Positions 47,151-55,760 of a stretch of DNA of 64,000 bases are shown one piece after another (the stretch's first letter is position 1; the number at the start of each line of letters is the position of its first letter). The stretch comes from Gemmatimonadales bacterium. GTDB taxonomy: Bacteria > Gemmatimonadota > Gemmatimonadetes > Gemmatimonadales > JACORV01. A model generated the notes under the pieces. That model made no database searches and had not been told where the DNA came from. It was given only the letters and a program-made list of their open reading frames with translations. The DNA lies in assembly GCA_036493755.1 (NCBI GenBank), contig DASXPG010000028.1, positions 138 to 64,137 of the forward strand, in the 5' to 3' direction. Made by a program: the position numbers and the translations under genes.

Positions 47151-48129
47151 TCCGGCCGTCCACGCTGTAATTCCTTCGCACGATGAGCTGGCGTGCTTTG
47201 CGCGTCAGGCAGTCGGGCGCCGCTGGTATCGGTTTGCGGACGCGTTTCTCGCTCTGTCCGCGGATGACCCACCTTTTCTCGAACGGTTCCACGAGTTGTA
47301 TGGCGCGCTGGCGTCGGATTCCCCGCCGCCCGGCGCGACGGTGCTCGATTGTGTCCTCATCTCCGGTCAATCGGACCTGCCGGTAATCGTAGGGATCTCG
47401 TCACTCGGGAAGCCAGTGAACTCTCTGGCCGCACTGGTGACACGCACGGGCTATCAAGAGGCAGTCCCCGCGGAGCAATGGCAGCGGTTTCGCGCACCAC
47501 TCGCAACTCTCCCAGGGGTATCGATCAGTTGCGACTGGGTGCTTGCCGATCGCCATTCGAGCTGGCAGTGGCAGGTGGCGAACCTGGTGGTCAACCTCGT
47601 CCTCGCCCTCCAGCCTGAGTTCCTCTTCTTCCATGCGGGCGCCGTGAACCTCGGCGGTCGCGGGGTGCTGTTGCTGGGGGCAAGCGGCCGGGGGAAGACC
47701 AGTGTGGCGCTGGCGCTTGCCGGGCGGGGACATGTCTACTACGGAGACGAGATCGGTGCCGTGCGCGCCGCGACACGTGAACTGGTGCCGATACCGCGCT
47801 CGGCCATGGTGCGAGCGCCGGAAGTGCTCGGGGCGGATCCGGCGGCGCGGATTCGCGTGACCGTCGACCGTCATCCGCGGTATCCGGTCGCACTGGCGGG
47901 CCTGATTTGTCTGCGCGCATTCGCGGACCGGACGGTCCTTACACGGTCTCGACCCACTTCCGATATGCTCGGTTTGATTACTCCGATGTCCTGCTCACTG
48001 GCATCTCGCGGGCCCGCACAGCTGGCCCTCGATCTGCTCCGACTCATCGAGGACATTCCCTGTTACGTGCTGGACTCCGCATCGCCGGCCAGCGCCGCCG
48101 AAGCTATTGAGGCCGCATTGATGTCCTGA
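47089..48129 (+). CDS. HPr kinase-related P-loop kinase (HprK-like)
   Basis: FFHAGAVNLGGRGVLLLGASGRGKTSVALALAGRGHVYYGDEI matches the HprK/HprK-related kinase P-loop region. The start is uncertain. The first in-frame canonical start after the hydroxylase gene is ATG 47089, which is out of frame inside the 38-aa ORF. The next canonical in-frame start I see is a TTG roughly 200 nt downstream. Confidence 0.7.
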   Translation: MRAKCWPSSRSPVPAPAGGADPAVHAVIPSHDELACFARQAVGRRWYRFADAFLALSADDPPFLERFHELYGALASDSPPPGATVLDCVLISGQSDLPVIVGISSLGKPVNSLAALVTRTGYQEAVPAEQWQRFRAPLATLPGVSISCDWVLADRHSSWQWQVANLVVNLVLALQPEFLFFHAGAVNLGGRGVLLLGASGRGKTSVALALAGRGHVYYGDEIGAVRAATRELVPIPRSAMVRAPEVLGADPAARIRVTVDRHPRYPVALAGLICLRAFADRTVLTRSRPTSDMLGLITPMSCSLASRGPAQLALDLLRLIEDIPCYVLDSASPASAAEAIEAALMS

Positions 48130-49038
48130 CGCCCCCCCCGGACGTTTCCAGGCCCGAAGCCTCTGCGCCAATCGATCGACATCCAGAAACGTCAATACCA
48201 GCCATGTCTCCCCGACGTGGATGCTGAGAATGAGCATGATGCCCACCGCGAAAGCGAGCAGCACCGGCAGCAGGATTGCGCGGGCGATTTTCGAGAACAC
48301 CGCCAGCACGACCGACCATTCCAGCACTACCGTCACGATCCCGATGATCAGGCACAGCGTTGGGTGCGCTGCGAGCCAGAATGCCAGCGAGTGGAAACGC
48401 CACCTCGGGTCCAGCGCGAAAACAAGTAGCCAGCGACGAATGCTTTCGGCGCTGCTCCACCGCCAGCCACTTGCCTCGGCCTTCGCGAATGCGGCGAAGA
48501 GGTAGATCTGGGCAACGAAGAGCCAGGTGAGCCGGAGCGGCCAGCCATATCGCCACGACGGCTCATGATCTGAAGCCGGCGAACGCGGCCAGAGCTGGTA
48601 GCCGCCGGCGCCCGGTGCGCAGGCCAGAACCACCAGGATGAGCGGCGTGAGCGTCAGCCCGCGCGCAAAGGGCGTAGGTGTCCAGATGAAGGTTTCCAGC
48701 GGCGCGAGGTGATAGACGAGAAGGCTCGCGACCACGCAGGCCACGCGCGGGAGTACGCCGAGCGCCACGCATACCAGGGCGATGATCGCTATCGTTTGCA
48801 GGCTCTGCTCGAATACCGGGTGACCCGGGAAGAGCAGGTAGCGCCACCGGAGACCCGAAGGAATGCTTATCCAGAAGATCGGCAGCCCGGACACCGCCGC
48901 GTAGTTGCGGGAGAACATCATCCACAACGCGTGGAGCGCCACGAGCGACCGCACCCAGGTGAGATTCAGTGGCGACGCGGGCTCGAACCAGAATTCATCC
49001 CACAGCCGGCGCATCCGTTCTACCAGCCGATTCATCAT
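47995..49038 (-). CDS. HTTM-domain (vitamin-K-dependent gamma-carboxylase-like) integral membrane protein
   Basis: The start MMNRLVERMRRLWDEFWFEPASPLNLTWVRSLVALHALWMMF, followed by multiple TM helices, is typical of HTTM/SdpB-like proteins. ATG 49038 is in an ATGA overlap with the upstream gene. The 3' 135 nt overlap the convergent kinase gene. Confidence 0.7.
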   Translation of the reverse strand: MMNRLVERMRRLWDEFWFEPASPLNLTWVRSLVALHALWMMFSRNYAAVSGLPIFWISIPSGLRWRYLLFPGHPVFEQSLQTIAIIALVCVALGVLPRVACVVASLLVYHLAPLETFIWTPTPFARGLTLTPLILVVLACAPGAGGYQLWPRSPASDHEPSWRYGWPLRLTWLFVAQIYLFAAFAKAEASGWRWSSAESIRRWLLVFALDPRWRFHSLAFWLAAHPTLCLIIGIVTVVLEWSVVLAVFSKIARAILLPVLLAFAVGIMLILSIHVGETWLVLTFLDVDRLAQRLRAWKRPGGASGHQCGLNSFGGAGRRCGVQHVTGNVLDESEQIEGQLCGPARCQ

Positions 49039-49682
49039 TGTTGCGCTGGGAATGTGTAGAGGATAGTCCGCCGCATCGCAGCTGGATCGCGCGCCCGCGT
49101 CTCGACGTTCCAGTGCTCCCAATAGAGGCGAATGCCGACGAACGCGGTATTGGGAACGTCGTCGCGGTTTTGCCAGCGTCGGGCGAGGAGAAGGTGACTG
49201 GGCGCCGCGAGATCGCGGAGTCTCCGGGTCACCACGCCGGGCCACTGCCCGGCGCGAGCCGCGAGCCGCGCCGATTCGGTTTTTTTAAGCAGGAACGCGC
49301 CGACGCTGTCGCGCGCGGGACCGCTCAGCGAGTTGACGTTTCGCATGAGCCACGTGAGCAGCTCTTCGTAGGTGAATGGCTCCCAGGCGCGATAGTCGAT
49401 GGGGTATTCGTCGCCATTGCTGGTGACGGCGACGGCCTGAACCACGGCGTATGCTGAATCGGATACCTCGGTCGGACCGACGCGCTGCATGAGGCGCCAG
49501 TAAGAAAACGGCCAGAGATCGCGCTGAGAAATGCCCGCCAGGAATGAGACGCCCAGGATATAGGCGATGAAGCAATTGATCCAGCGGCGGCTTACAGCTT
49601 CGCCGCGACCGCCCGCGATGATCACGATCAGACCGAGTATGACGAAGCCGGCGAAGCCGAGTGCGGCAATGAGGTAGGTCAC
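49035..49682 (-). CDS. Hypothetical 2-TM membrane protein (partner of the HTTM protein)
   Basis: GTG 49682 (VTYLIAALGFAGFVILGLIVIIAGG) is in a GTGA overlap with the formyltransferase stop. Two TM helices precede a soluble domain. I recognise no family. Confidence 0.55.
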   Translation of the reverse strand: MTYLIAALGFAGFVILGLIVIIAGGRGEAVSRRWINCFIAYILGVSFLAGISQRDLWPFSYWRLMQRVGPTEVSDSAYAVVQAVAVTSNGDEYPIDYRAWEPFTYEELLTWLMRNVNSLSGPARDSVGAFLLKKTESARLAARAGQWPGVVTRRLRDLAAPSHLLLARRWQNRDDVPNTAFVGIRLYWEHWNVETRARDPAAMRRTILYTFPAQQ

Positions 49683-50575
49683 GCCGGGGCGGCCCGCCCG
49701 GCAGCCACGGCCGAAAGGTGCACCCGTCCATCGCGACACCAGAGTTCCCAGCCGTGGTCTCCACGGGTCACGATCCCCGGCCGTTCCAACGGATCCATGA
49801 CATCGTATCCATGCACCGATCGGTACTGCACTGGGCGACCGCGTTCATCCAGCAGCGGCTCATGAAAGCGTCCACACATCCCGGCGAGGAAATGCCAGAC
49901 CCGCTCGGCACTCCAGCTGTCGAACGCCACCATTGCCATGCCGGGGCGCACCGATGGCGCGCGCGTCGCGCTGGTCTCGTCTTGCTCCACCGGTGAGATT
50001 CCGTTCGCGAGCGCAATCAGTCCGATGCGGAAGAGATCGCCTCCGGCGGCCGAGGCCTGGAGGTACGCTTGCTCAACGGGGAGGCCTCGTGCCAGCGGCC
50101 AGCGACGCTGCGCCAGGATCGGACCGCTGTCGGCGCGCGCGGTCGCCACATGGAGTGTGATGCCTGTCTCGCGGTCGTCGTGGTAATAGGTCCAGAAAAA
50201 CGGATTCGCGCCGCGATGCCGCGGCAGCAACGAGGGATGCAGATTCACCACGCCTCGCGCCGGAAACTGAAGCACCTCGGCAGGAAGAACCCACGGAAAG
50301 AGTGCCACGCAGAGCAAATCCGGAGCGAGACGCGCCAGGCCCTGAAGAAGGCGCGGATCGCGGCGCGATGCGCAGCGAATCACCGGGATGCCTCGCTGCG
50401 CGGACCAGGCCGCTGCATCGTCGCCCAGCGCCGGACGACGGCGTACCATGCCAGCCGCGCGTGCGCGCCACCCGCCCTCGGGAAGCACCACCGCGGCGAT
50501 CTGGTGATCGCACGCGAGTGCCGTCAGCGAGTCGAGTGCAAGGGGTCCGCCGGTTGTGGCGAAGATGATCCGCAC
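49679..50575 (-). CDS. Formyltransferase (Fmt/ArnA-N-like)
   Basis: GTG 50575 gives an MRIIFATTGGP start, like Fmt. NLHPSLLPRHRGANPFFW is the formyltransferase catalytic box, followed by ADSGPIL. The listed start at 50689 would overlap the divergent gene. Confidence 0.8.
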   Translation of the reverse strand: MRIIFATTGGPLALDSLTALACDHQIAAVVLPEGGWRARAAGMVRRRPALGDDAAAWSAQRGIPVIRCASRRDPRLLQGLARLAPDLLCVALFPWVLPAEVLQFPARGVVNLHPSLLPRHRGANPFFWTYYHDDRETGITLHVATARADSGPILAQRRWPLARGLPVEQAYLQASAAGGDLFRIGLIALANGISPVEQDETSATRAPSVRPGMAMVAFDSWSAERVWHFLAGMCGRFHEPLLDERGRPVQYRSVHGYDVMDPLERPGIVTRGDHGWELWCRDGRVHLSAVAAGRAAPA

Positions 50576-50670
50576 GATACGTTCCTGCACGGCCGGAGGC
50601 GTGGCGGGTCTGACCGAGCAGCGAAGATGGGTGCAGTGCTTCGTGCCGTCAATCCAGAACAGGTGCCGGT

Positions 50671-51201
50671 GTGAGAGCTGACGCGGCACGAATCGAGGAC
50701 CCTCGGCTGCTGACCACAGCGGCCGAACTGTTCGCGCGCGCCGAGCGCACCATTGAGTGCTCGGTGCGCGGGACCAGCATGTCGCCCACGCTTCCGGACG
50801 GTTGCCGCATCCGGGTGCGGTGCGGGGTTCCGGCCCGCGTGCCCGTCGGCGAGATCGTGGTTCTCGCCGTCGCTCCGGGAATCCTCATCACCCATCGGGT
50901 GCTGAAGGCGCGAGGGTGGAATGGCGGCCGGGGCCATCTCCTGACGCAAGGCGATGGGGCGGTGCTTTGCGACGAGCCGATCCCGATGCGCGCGTTCGTC
51001 GGCTGCGTGATTGCCTTCGATGACGGCGCGGGCTGGATCGTCCCAGGGAATCGGCCACGACGGACGCTCGCGGCGCGATGGGGCGCCGCATCGCATCGGC
51101 TGCTCATCGCGGCCCTGATGGCCGTACATCCCGAGCTGGCGCGGCAGATCGCGCGCTTGTCGTACTTCCTTTGCGGGATTGATCCGCCGGCATCGGCTTG
51201 A
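50671..51201 (+). CDS. S24/S26-family serine peptidase, SipW/ER-type (Ser-His) signature
   Basis: RGTSMSPTLPDG (catalytic Ser box), GEIVVL and GILITHRVL. In the last box, bacterial SPase I and LexA have the catalytic Lys (KRV/KRL); a His at this position is typical of SipW/Sec11-type enzymes (from memory). Hydrophobic C-terminal tail. Confidence 0.65.
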   Translation: MRADAARIEDPRLLTTAAELFARAERTIECSVRGTSMSPTLPDGCRIRVRCGVPARVPVGEIVVLAVAPGILITHRVLKARGWNGGRGHLLTQGDGAVLCDEPIPMRAFVGCVIAFDDGAGWIVPGNRPRRTLAARWGAASHRLLIAALMAVHPELARQIARLSYFLCGIDPPASA

Positions 51202-51228
51202 CGATGCCTTCACGGGCACGGAACTTGG

Positions 51229-51531
51229 ATGCTCATGAACAATGGAGAAGCCACGATGCGTTACCATCGCGCGCCCGGTATCGAGGCGGCACCGATGCAG
51301 GACGAGACCGTCCTCTTCGATCCGAATACGAAGAAGTTCTGCATCCTGAACGCGACCGCTGCGCACCTGTGGGAGTCCCTCGAACGGCCGTGTTCCGCCG
51401 CCGAGCTGGCCGCGTCGATCGTGGGAGCCTTCGACGGGGTCGACCCGAAGATCGCGGAGCGTGACGTCCAGGTCGCGCTGAAGGACCTGGTGGGCCTGGG
51501 CATCGTCGGCGCCAGCGGCGCGGACGCCTAA
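51229..51531 (+). CDS. PqqD-family protein (RiPP recognition element-like peptide chaperone)
   Basis: ETVLFDPNTKKFCILNATAAHLWESLERPCSAAELAASIVGAFD...AERDVQVALKDLVGLGIV is the classic PqqD/RRE pattern. The start is ATG 51229 or ATG 51256. Confidence 0.8.
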   Translation: MLMNNGEATMRYHRAPGIEAAPMQDETVLFDPNTKKFCILNATAAHLWESLERPCSAAELAASIVGAFDGVDPKIAERDVQVALKDLVGLGIVGASGADA

Positions 51532-51551
51532 CGCTGATCCGGGGGTCAATC

Positions 51552-52109
51552 ATGGAGTTGTCCGTTCGCGGGCGCGGCGATGCCGTCGCGACATTCCGTT
51601 TCATCAATGTCCATCTCATGGAAACACTGGCGGGCTGGGTCCCGACGACGCCGGAGCTGGAGGTCAAGGTCCTGTTCGGCCGCCATCTCTGGGATTTCGC
51701 GCAGCACGCCGACGCGTTCGGCAAGCGCGCGGCGGAGCTTCGTCTCCAGCTCCACGCTTCTCGCGCGCCGACCGCCGAATTGCAAGGCGTCCTCGATGAT
51801 CTGCGGAGGACAACGCGCACGGCGCAGCGGCTGGGGCGACTCTACCACGGCGTTGTCCCGGGTGTCGAACGGCTCTACACCGCGTACCTCGCGCAGGTCG
51901 ACGAGCTGATGGACGAGCCGACCGTCCGCATCATCGGGCACGGGCTGCTCGACACCGGTCGCATGGGGCGCGAAGCCGAAAGCCTGAGTGCTCAAGGCGG
52001 GCCGTCGCTGGAGAACGGCGCCGGATCCACGGCATCCGGCGGACCGTTCGGGTCACTCGATCGCGTGATCGACTTCCGGCCTGCGGTCGCCGCCGAGGCC
52101 GAGGCCTGA
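51552..52109 (+). CDS. Hypothetical helical protein, possibly a degenerate ferritin-like (DUF455-related) subunit
   Basis: By eye, HLMETLAGWVPTTPELEVKVLFGRHLWDFAQHADAFGKRAAELR parallels LEIAAQALVDFADAPWDLKLRLARQAADEARHTALLYRRLRELG of the next gene. The first ExxH reads FAQH, so one ligand is lost. Confidence 0.4.
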   Translation: MELSVRGRGDAVATFRFINVHLMETLAGWVPTTPELEVKVLFGRHLWDFAQHADAFGKRAAELRLQLHASRAPTAELQGVLDDLRRTTRTAQRLGRLYHGVVPGVERLYTAYLAQVDELMDEPTVRIIGHGLLDTGRMGREAESLSAQGGPSLENGAGSTASGGPFGSLDRVIDFRPAVAAEAEA

Positions 52110-52138
52110 GCGTCGCCACGGCGTTCGCCACCAGGGAA

Positions 52139-52921
52139 GTGCGAGGGGTCACGCTCCAGGAGGACCCCGCGCGCGAGCCCTGCTTCCACTGCGTTACGCT
52201 GGACTCGGAGATGCAGGAGTGGCCCGGGATGTCGGATATTTCCCGCCGCGAGCGCCTGCATCGCCACATGAACAACGAGTGCGGCGCGCTCGAGATCGCG
52301 GCCCAGGCCCTGGTCGATTTTGCCGACGCGCCGTGGGACCTGAAGCTTCGTCTCGCGCGCCAGGCGGCGGACGAAGCGCGGCACACCGCGCTCCTCTACC
52401 GGCGGTTGCGGGAGTTGGGCGGCACCAAGGGTGAATTCCCGGTCGCGAATATCGAGTGGGGCATTACCGGGATGATCGAAAACCTCGCGGGCCGGCTGGC
52501 GATCCAGAACCGGACTTTCGAGGCGGGACTCATCGACCTGCTGGGCAATCTGCGAAATACCTGGCGCGAAGCCGGTGATCACGCCACCGCCGACCTGCTC
52601 GACGGCATCCTCGCGGACGAGATCGTGCACGTCCGGTACGGCAATCGCTGGATTCGCCGCCTCACCGAGCAACGGCCGGCCGTATTGCTCCAGGTCGCGA
52701 TGGCGGTGCGTCTGCTGCGCCAGGCTCTGCGAGGGCTCGCGCCGGCGGACGGCGATGTCAATCGCTCCGGCCTGGTGCTCACGACCAAGCTACCGCCGGC
52801 GGTCTACGTATCCGGGCGGCTCGAAGCCGAATTCACGGAGGCCGAGGTCGAAGAGGTTCTGCGTCAGGCCGGATTCCGATCCATCCTTCCGCACCCACTC
52901 GTGGAGCAGGCCCGTGGCTGA
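52139..52921 (+). CDS. Ferritin-like di-iron protein (DUF455-like)
   Basis: Two ExxH boxes about 100 residues apart (ADEARH ... ADEIVH), an intervening conserved Glu (NRTFEAG), and an all-helical character. Confidence 0.6.
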   Translation: MRGVTLQEDPAREPCFHCVTLDSEMQEWPGMSDISRRERLHRHMNNECGALEIAAQALVDFADAPWDLKLRLARQAADEARHTALLYRRLRELGGTKGEFPVANIEWGITGMIENLAGRLAIQNRTFEAGLIDLLGNLRNTWREAGDHATADLLDGILADEIVHVRYGNRWIRRLTEQRPAVLLQVAMAVRLLRQALRGLAPADGDVNRSGLVLTTKLPPAVYVSGRLEAEFTEAEVEEVLRQAGFRSILPHPLVEQARG

Positions 52922-53660
52922 AGCCGTCGTCCCCCTCGATCCGGCCTTGTTCGGTCCCGGCCAGGCGCGTGACGCGCGCTTTACCGTGCGCGAACGCTGG
53001 GGCGAGATGGCCAATAACCCGCCGCGCACGCCCGCCTACCAACGGGAGTTTCTCCATCGCCAGGCCAATGAAGAGGCCAACGTCATGGAGCAGGCCGCGC
53101 AGAGTCTCGTGGACTTCCCGGACGAGCCATGGGAGATCCGCCTCTGCCTGGCACGCCAATGCGCCGATGAGGGCCGTCACGTCCTGCTCTACCTGCGCCT
53201 GCTGCGCGAGCGTGGCATCGGCATCGGCGAATATCCGGTGCTGAACTTCCAGTACCGCGTGCTGAGCCGCATCGACTCGCTGGTGGGCCGGCTCGCCGTG
53301 GAGAACCGGACCTTCGAGGCAGATGGGCTGGATGCCGCGACGTTCGGCGTCGCGGAGGCAAGGAAGGACGGCGACCATGCTCTCGCCGACGTACTCGACG
53401 CCCAGCAAGCGGACGAAATCGTGCATGTCGGGTTTGCCAACGCCTGGATCCGGCGCGAGGTCGAGCGCGATCCGCGCACCGTGTTGCGCATGGCAGCGGC
53501 GATCACCCGGGCCGCGCGCGCGTTCGCCACGGTGTTCGAAGGCGGCATGCAGGTGCGCTACCCGGTGGCGCAGGACGAGCGCCGAGAGGCCGGTTTTCAG
53601 GATCGGGAAATCCGGGTCGCCGCGGACCTGTCCGCTGCCCGGCGTCGCGGGGAGTCGTGA
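52914..53660 (+). CDS. Ferritin-like di-iron protein (DUF455-like), tandem paralog
   Basis: Same box pattern as the upstream gene (ADEGRH ... ADEIVH, NRTFEAD). GTG 52914 overlaps the upstream gene by 8 nt. The listed 361-aa ORF start is an out-of-frame extension. Confidence 0.6.
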   Translation: MAEAVVPLDPALFGPGQARDARFTVRERWGEMANNPPRTPAYQREFLHRQANEEANVMEQAAQSLVDFPDEPWEIRLCLARQCADEGRHVLLYLRLLRERGIGIGEYPVLNFQYRVLSRIDSLVGRLAVENRTFEADGLDAATFGVAEARKDGDHALADVLDAQQADEIVHVGFANAWIRREVERDPRTVLRMAAAITRAARAFATVFEGGMQVRYPVAQDERREAGFQDREIRVAADLSAARRRGES

Positions 53661-53664
53661 TGCC

Positions 53665-55572
53665 GTGTGCGGAATAGCGGGTTTCGCGAGCGCATCGCCC
53701 GATGCCGATGATGTAAATCGGCTCCGACGCGCGCTGGGAGTTCTCCAGCACCGCGGACCCGACGATGAAGGTTGGCTGACCCACCCCACCACCCCTGACC
53801 GCGGCCCGCTCGTCGGGCTCGGCAATCGCAGGCTCCGCATCATCGATCTCTCGCCTGGTGGCCATCAGCCCATGACGACGGCTGACGGCCGGTACTCCAT
53901 CACGTACAACGGCGAGATCTACAACTACCGCGAGCTACGCTCCGACCTCGAAACGGCCGGGCATCGCTTCGTGTCGAGCAGCGACACCGAAGTTCTGCTC
54001 CACGCCTGGGCCGCGTGGGGTACGGATGCCTTGCCGCGCCTGGACGGGATGTTTGCTTTTGCCATACTCGATCGTGTCGAGCAACGGCTGACGCTGGCAC
54101 GCGACCCCGCCGGGATCAAGCCGTTGTTCTTTCACGTCACGCTCCCGGACGCCATCGTGTTCGCTTCCGAGATCAAGGCGATTCGCGAGTTGCGGACCGT
54201 CGGCTCGCGCGTCAATCCAACACGCTTGAGAGATTACCTGGTCGAGCGCTTTACCGGTCGCGGCGACGCGACACTGCTGGAGGACGTTCAGCAGGTGCCG
54301 CCGGGTCACTATCTCACCGTCTCGCTGCGGCAGCCGGGCGTTCCTGCGCTAACGCGTTACTGGGAGTACGGCACCGAAGAAAGCCGCCCCGTGAGTTTCG
54401 CGTCGGCCGTGGACGAGCTTCGGGATCTGCTGACGGACAGCGTTCGCAGTCACCTGCGCAGCGACGTGCCGCTCGGCTTCTTGCTGTCCGGCGGCCTGGA
54501 TTCATCCTCGGTCCTGACGATCGCGCGCCAGGTGCTCGGTGCCGATGCCGATCTGCGAACGTACAGCTATATCGACGATGACCCGATGCTCAACGAGAGC
54601 ATCTATCAGGTGTGCGTGACGGCAGCGAATCGCGCGACACGTCATGCTGTCCGTGTCGAACCGGAAGAGCTGGTGCGGGACTGGGACCAGTTCATGGACA
54701 TCCAGCAGGAGCCGTTCTTCAGCCCGGTCGTGTACGTGCAGTACCGGGTATTGGAGCGCGCCCGCGAGGACGGCGTCAAGGTGATCCTCGGGGGCCAGGG
54801 CGCGGACGAGCTCTTCGCGGGGTACCAGCGGTTCGCGACCGCCCGCGCCGCCTCGCTCTGGCGCCAGGGCCGCTGGATGGACGCGGGCCGCCTCATCGGC
54901 TCGGCAGCGCAACGATGGCAAACGCCGCGGCTCTCGTTGATGCGAACCAGCCTTGCGCTCGCGCTGCCGCCGCTGGTGGCCGACGCCTATCGGGCGGTCC
55001 GCCATGCCGGGCGGGCGACCAGTGTGCCCGACTGGCTCAACACCGGTTGGTTCACGGGGCAGGGCGTGCCGCCCGTCAGGCAATGGTCTCCGGCCGGCGA
55101 TGACGTGCTGCGGGAATTCCTGGAATACACCCTGACGAGCACGCACCTTCAGGATCTCATGCGCTTCGAGGATCGCAGCGGGATGGCCCTGTCCATGGAG
55201 AGCCGCGTACCGTTTCTCGCGCCGCGCCTGCTGCGCTTCGCCTCGGCGTTGCCGGAGGAATTCCTCGTTTCGGAGAGCGGGAAGTCCAAGTTCATCTTGC
55301 GCGAGGCAATGCGCGGCTTGGTACCGGACGCGATCCTCGACCGGCGTGTGAAGGTCGGCTTCTCGGTGCCGGTTGTACGGTGGCTGGTGCAGTCCTCGTC
55401 GTGGGTTGAGGGCAAACTGGCGATGGCCGAGGATTGTCCCGCGGTGTTCGCGCCGGCTCTTCGCAGGCGCTGGCAACAGGTCCAGCAGGGTGACGTCGTC
55501 GGCGCATACGAGCTGTGGGGTATCTTCTCGCTGTTGACGTGGGCCGAGCGGGGGGCCATGCAATGGCAGTAA
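53665..55572 (+). CDS. Asparagine synthetase B-family glutamine amidotransferase
   Basis: The GTG 53665 start is followed by CGIAGF (the Ntn glutaminase Cys). Also HRGPDD, YNGEIYN, and the PP-loop LSGGLDSS in the synthetase domain. Confidence 0.9.
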   Translation: MCGIAGFASASPDADDVNRLRRALGVLQHRGPDDEGWLTHPTTPDRGPLVGLGNRRLRIIDLSPGGHQPMTTADGRYSITYNGEIYNYRELRSDLETAGHRFVSSSDTEVLLHAWAAWGTDALPRLDGMFAFAILDRVEQRLTLARDPAGIKPLFFHVTLPDAIVFASEIKAIRELRTVGSRVNPTRLRDYLVERFTGRGDATLLEDVQQVPPGHYLTVSLRQPGVPALTRYWEYGTEESRPVSFASAVDELRDLLTDSVRSHLRSDVPLGFLLSGGLDSSSVLTIARQVLGADADLRTYSYIDDDPMLNESIYQVCVTAANRATRHAVRVEPEELVRDWDQFMDIQQEPFFSPVVYVQYRVLERAREDGVKVILGGQGADELFAGYQRFATARAASLWRQGRWMDAGRLIGSAAQRWQTPRLSLMRTSLALALPPLVADAYRAVRHAGRATSVPDWLNTGWFTGQGVPPVRQWSPAGDDVLREFLEYTLTSTHLQDLMRFEDRSGMALSMESRVPFLAPRLLRFASALPEEFLVSESGKSKFILREAMRGLVPDAILDRRVKVGFSVPVVRWLVQSSSWVEGKLAMAEDCPAVFAPALRRRWQQVQQGDVVGAYELWGIFSLLTWAERGAMQWQ

Positions 55573-55760
55573 CGGTGTTTCCCGGGACGCCCGACACGGC
55601 CTGGATCAACGAGCTCAGCGACGAGGAGTGCATGGAGGTGTTCTGGCTCTACGTCGATCCGCCCGAACCATTCCTGAATGCGCACCCGGCCCCCTTGCTG
55701 GGCGCGGCGATGCGGCATGCGCTCCGGCTCATCGTGGCCGATCAGCGGGGACCGGCGTGA
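55563..55760 (+). CDS. Hypothetical 65-aa protein
   Basis: ATG 55563 overlaps the asnB-like stop by 10 nt. The stop is in a GTGA overlap with the next gene. The coupling suggests the ORF is real. No recognisable domain. Confidence 0.4.
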   Translation: MAVTVFPGTPDTAWINELSDEECMEVFWLYVDPPEPFLNAHPAPLLGAAMRHALRLIVADQRGPA

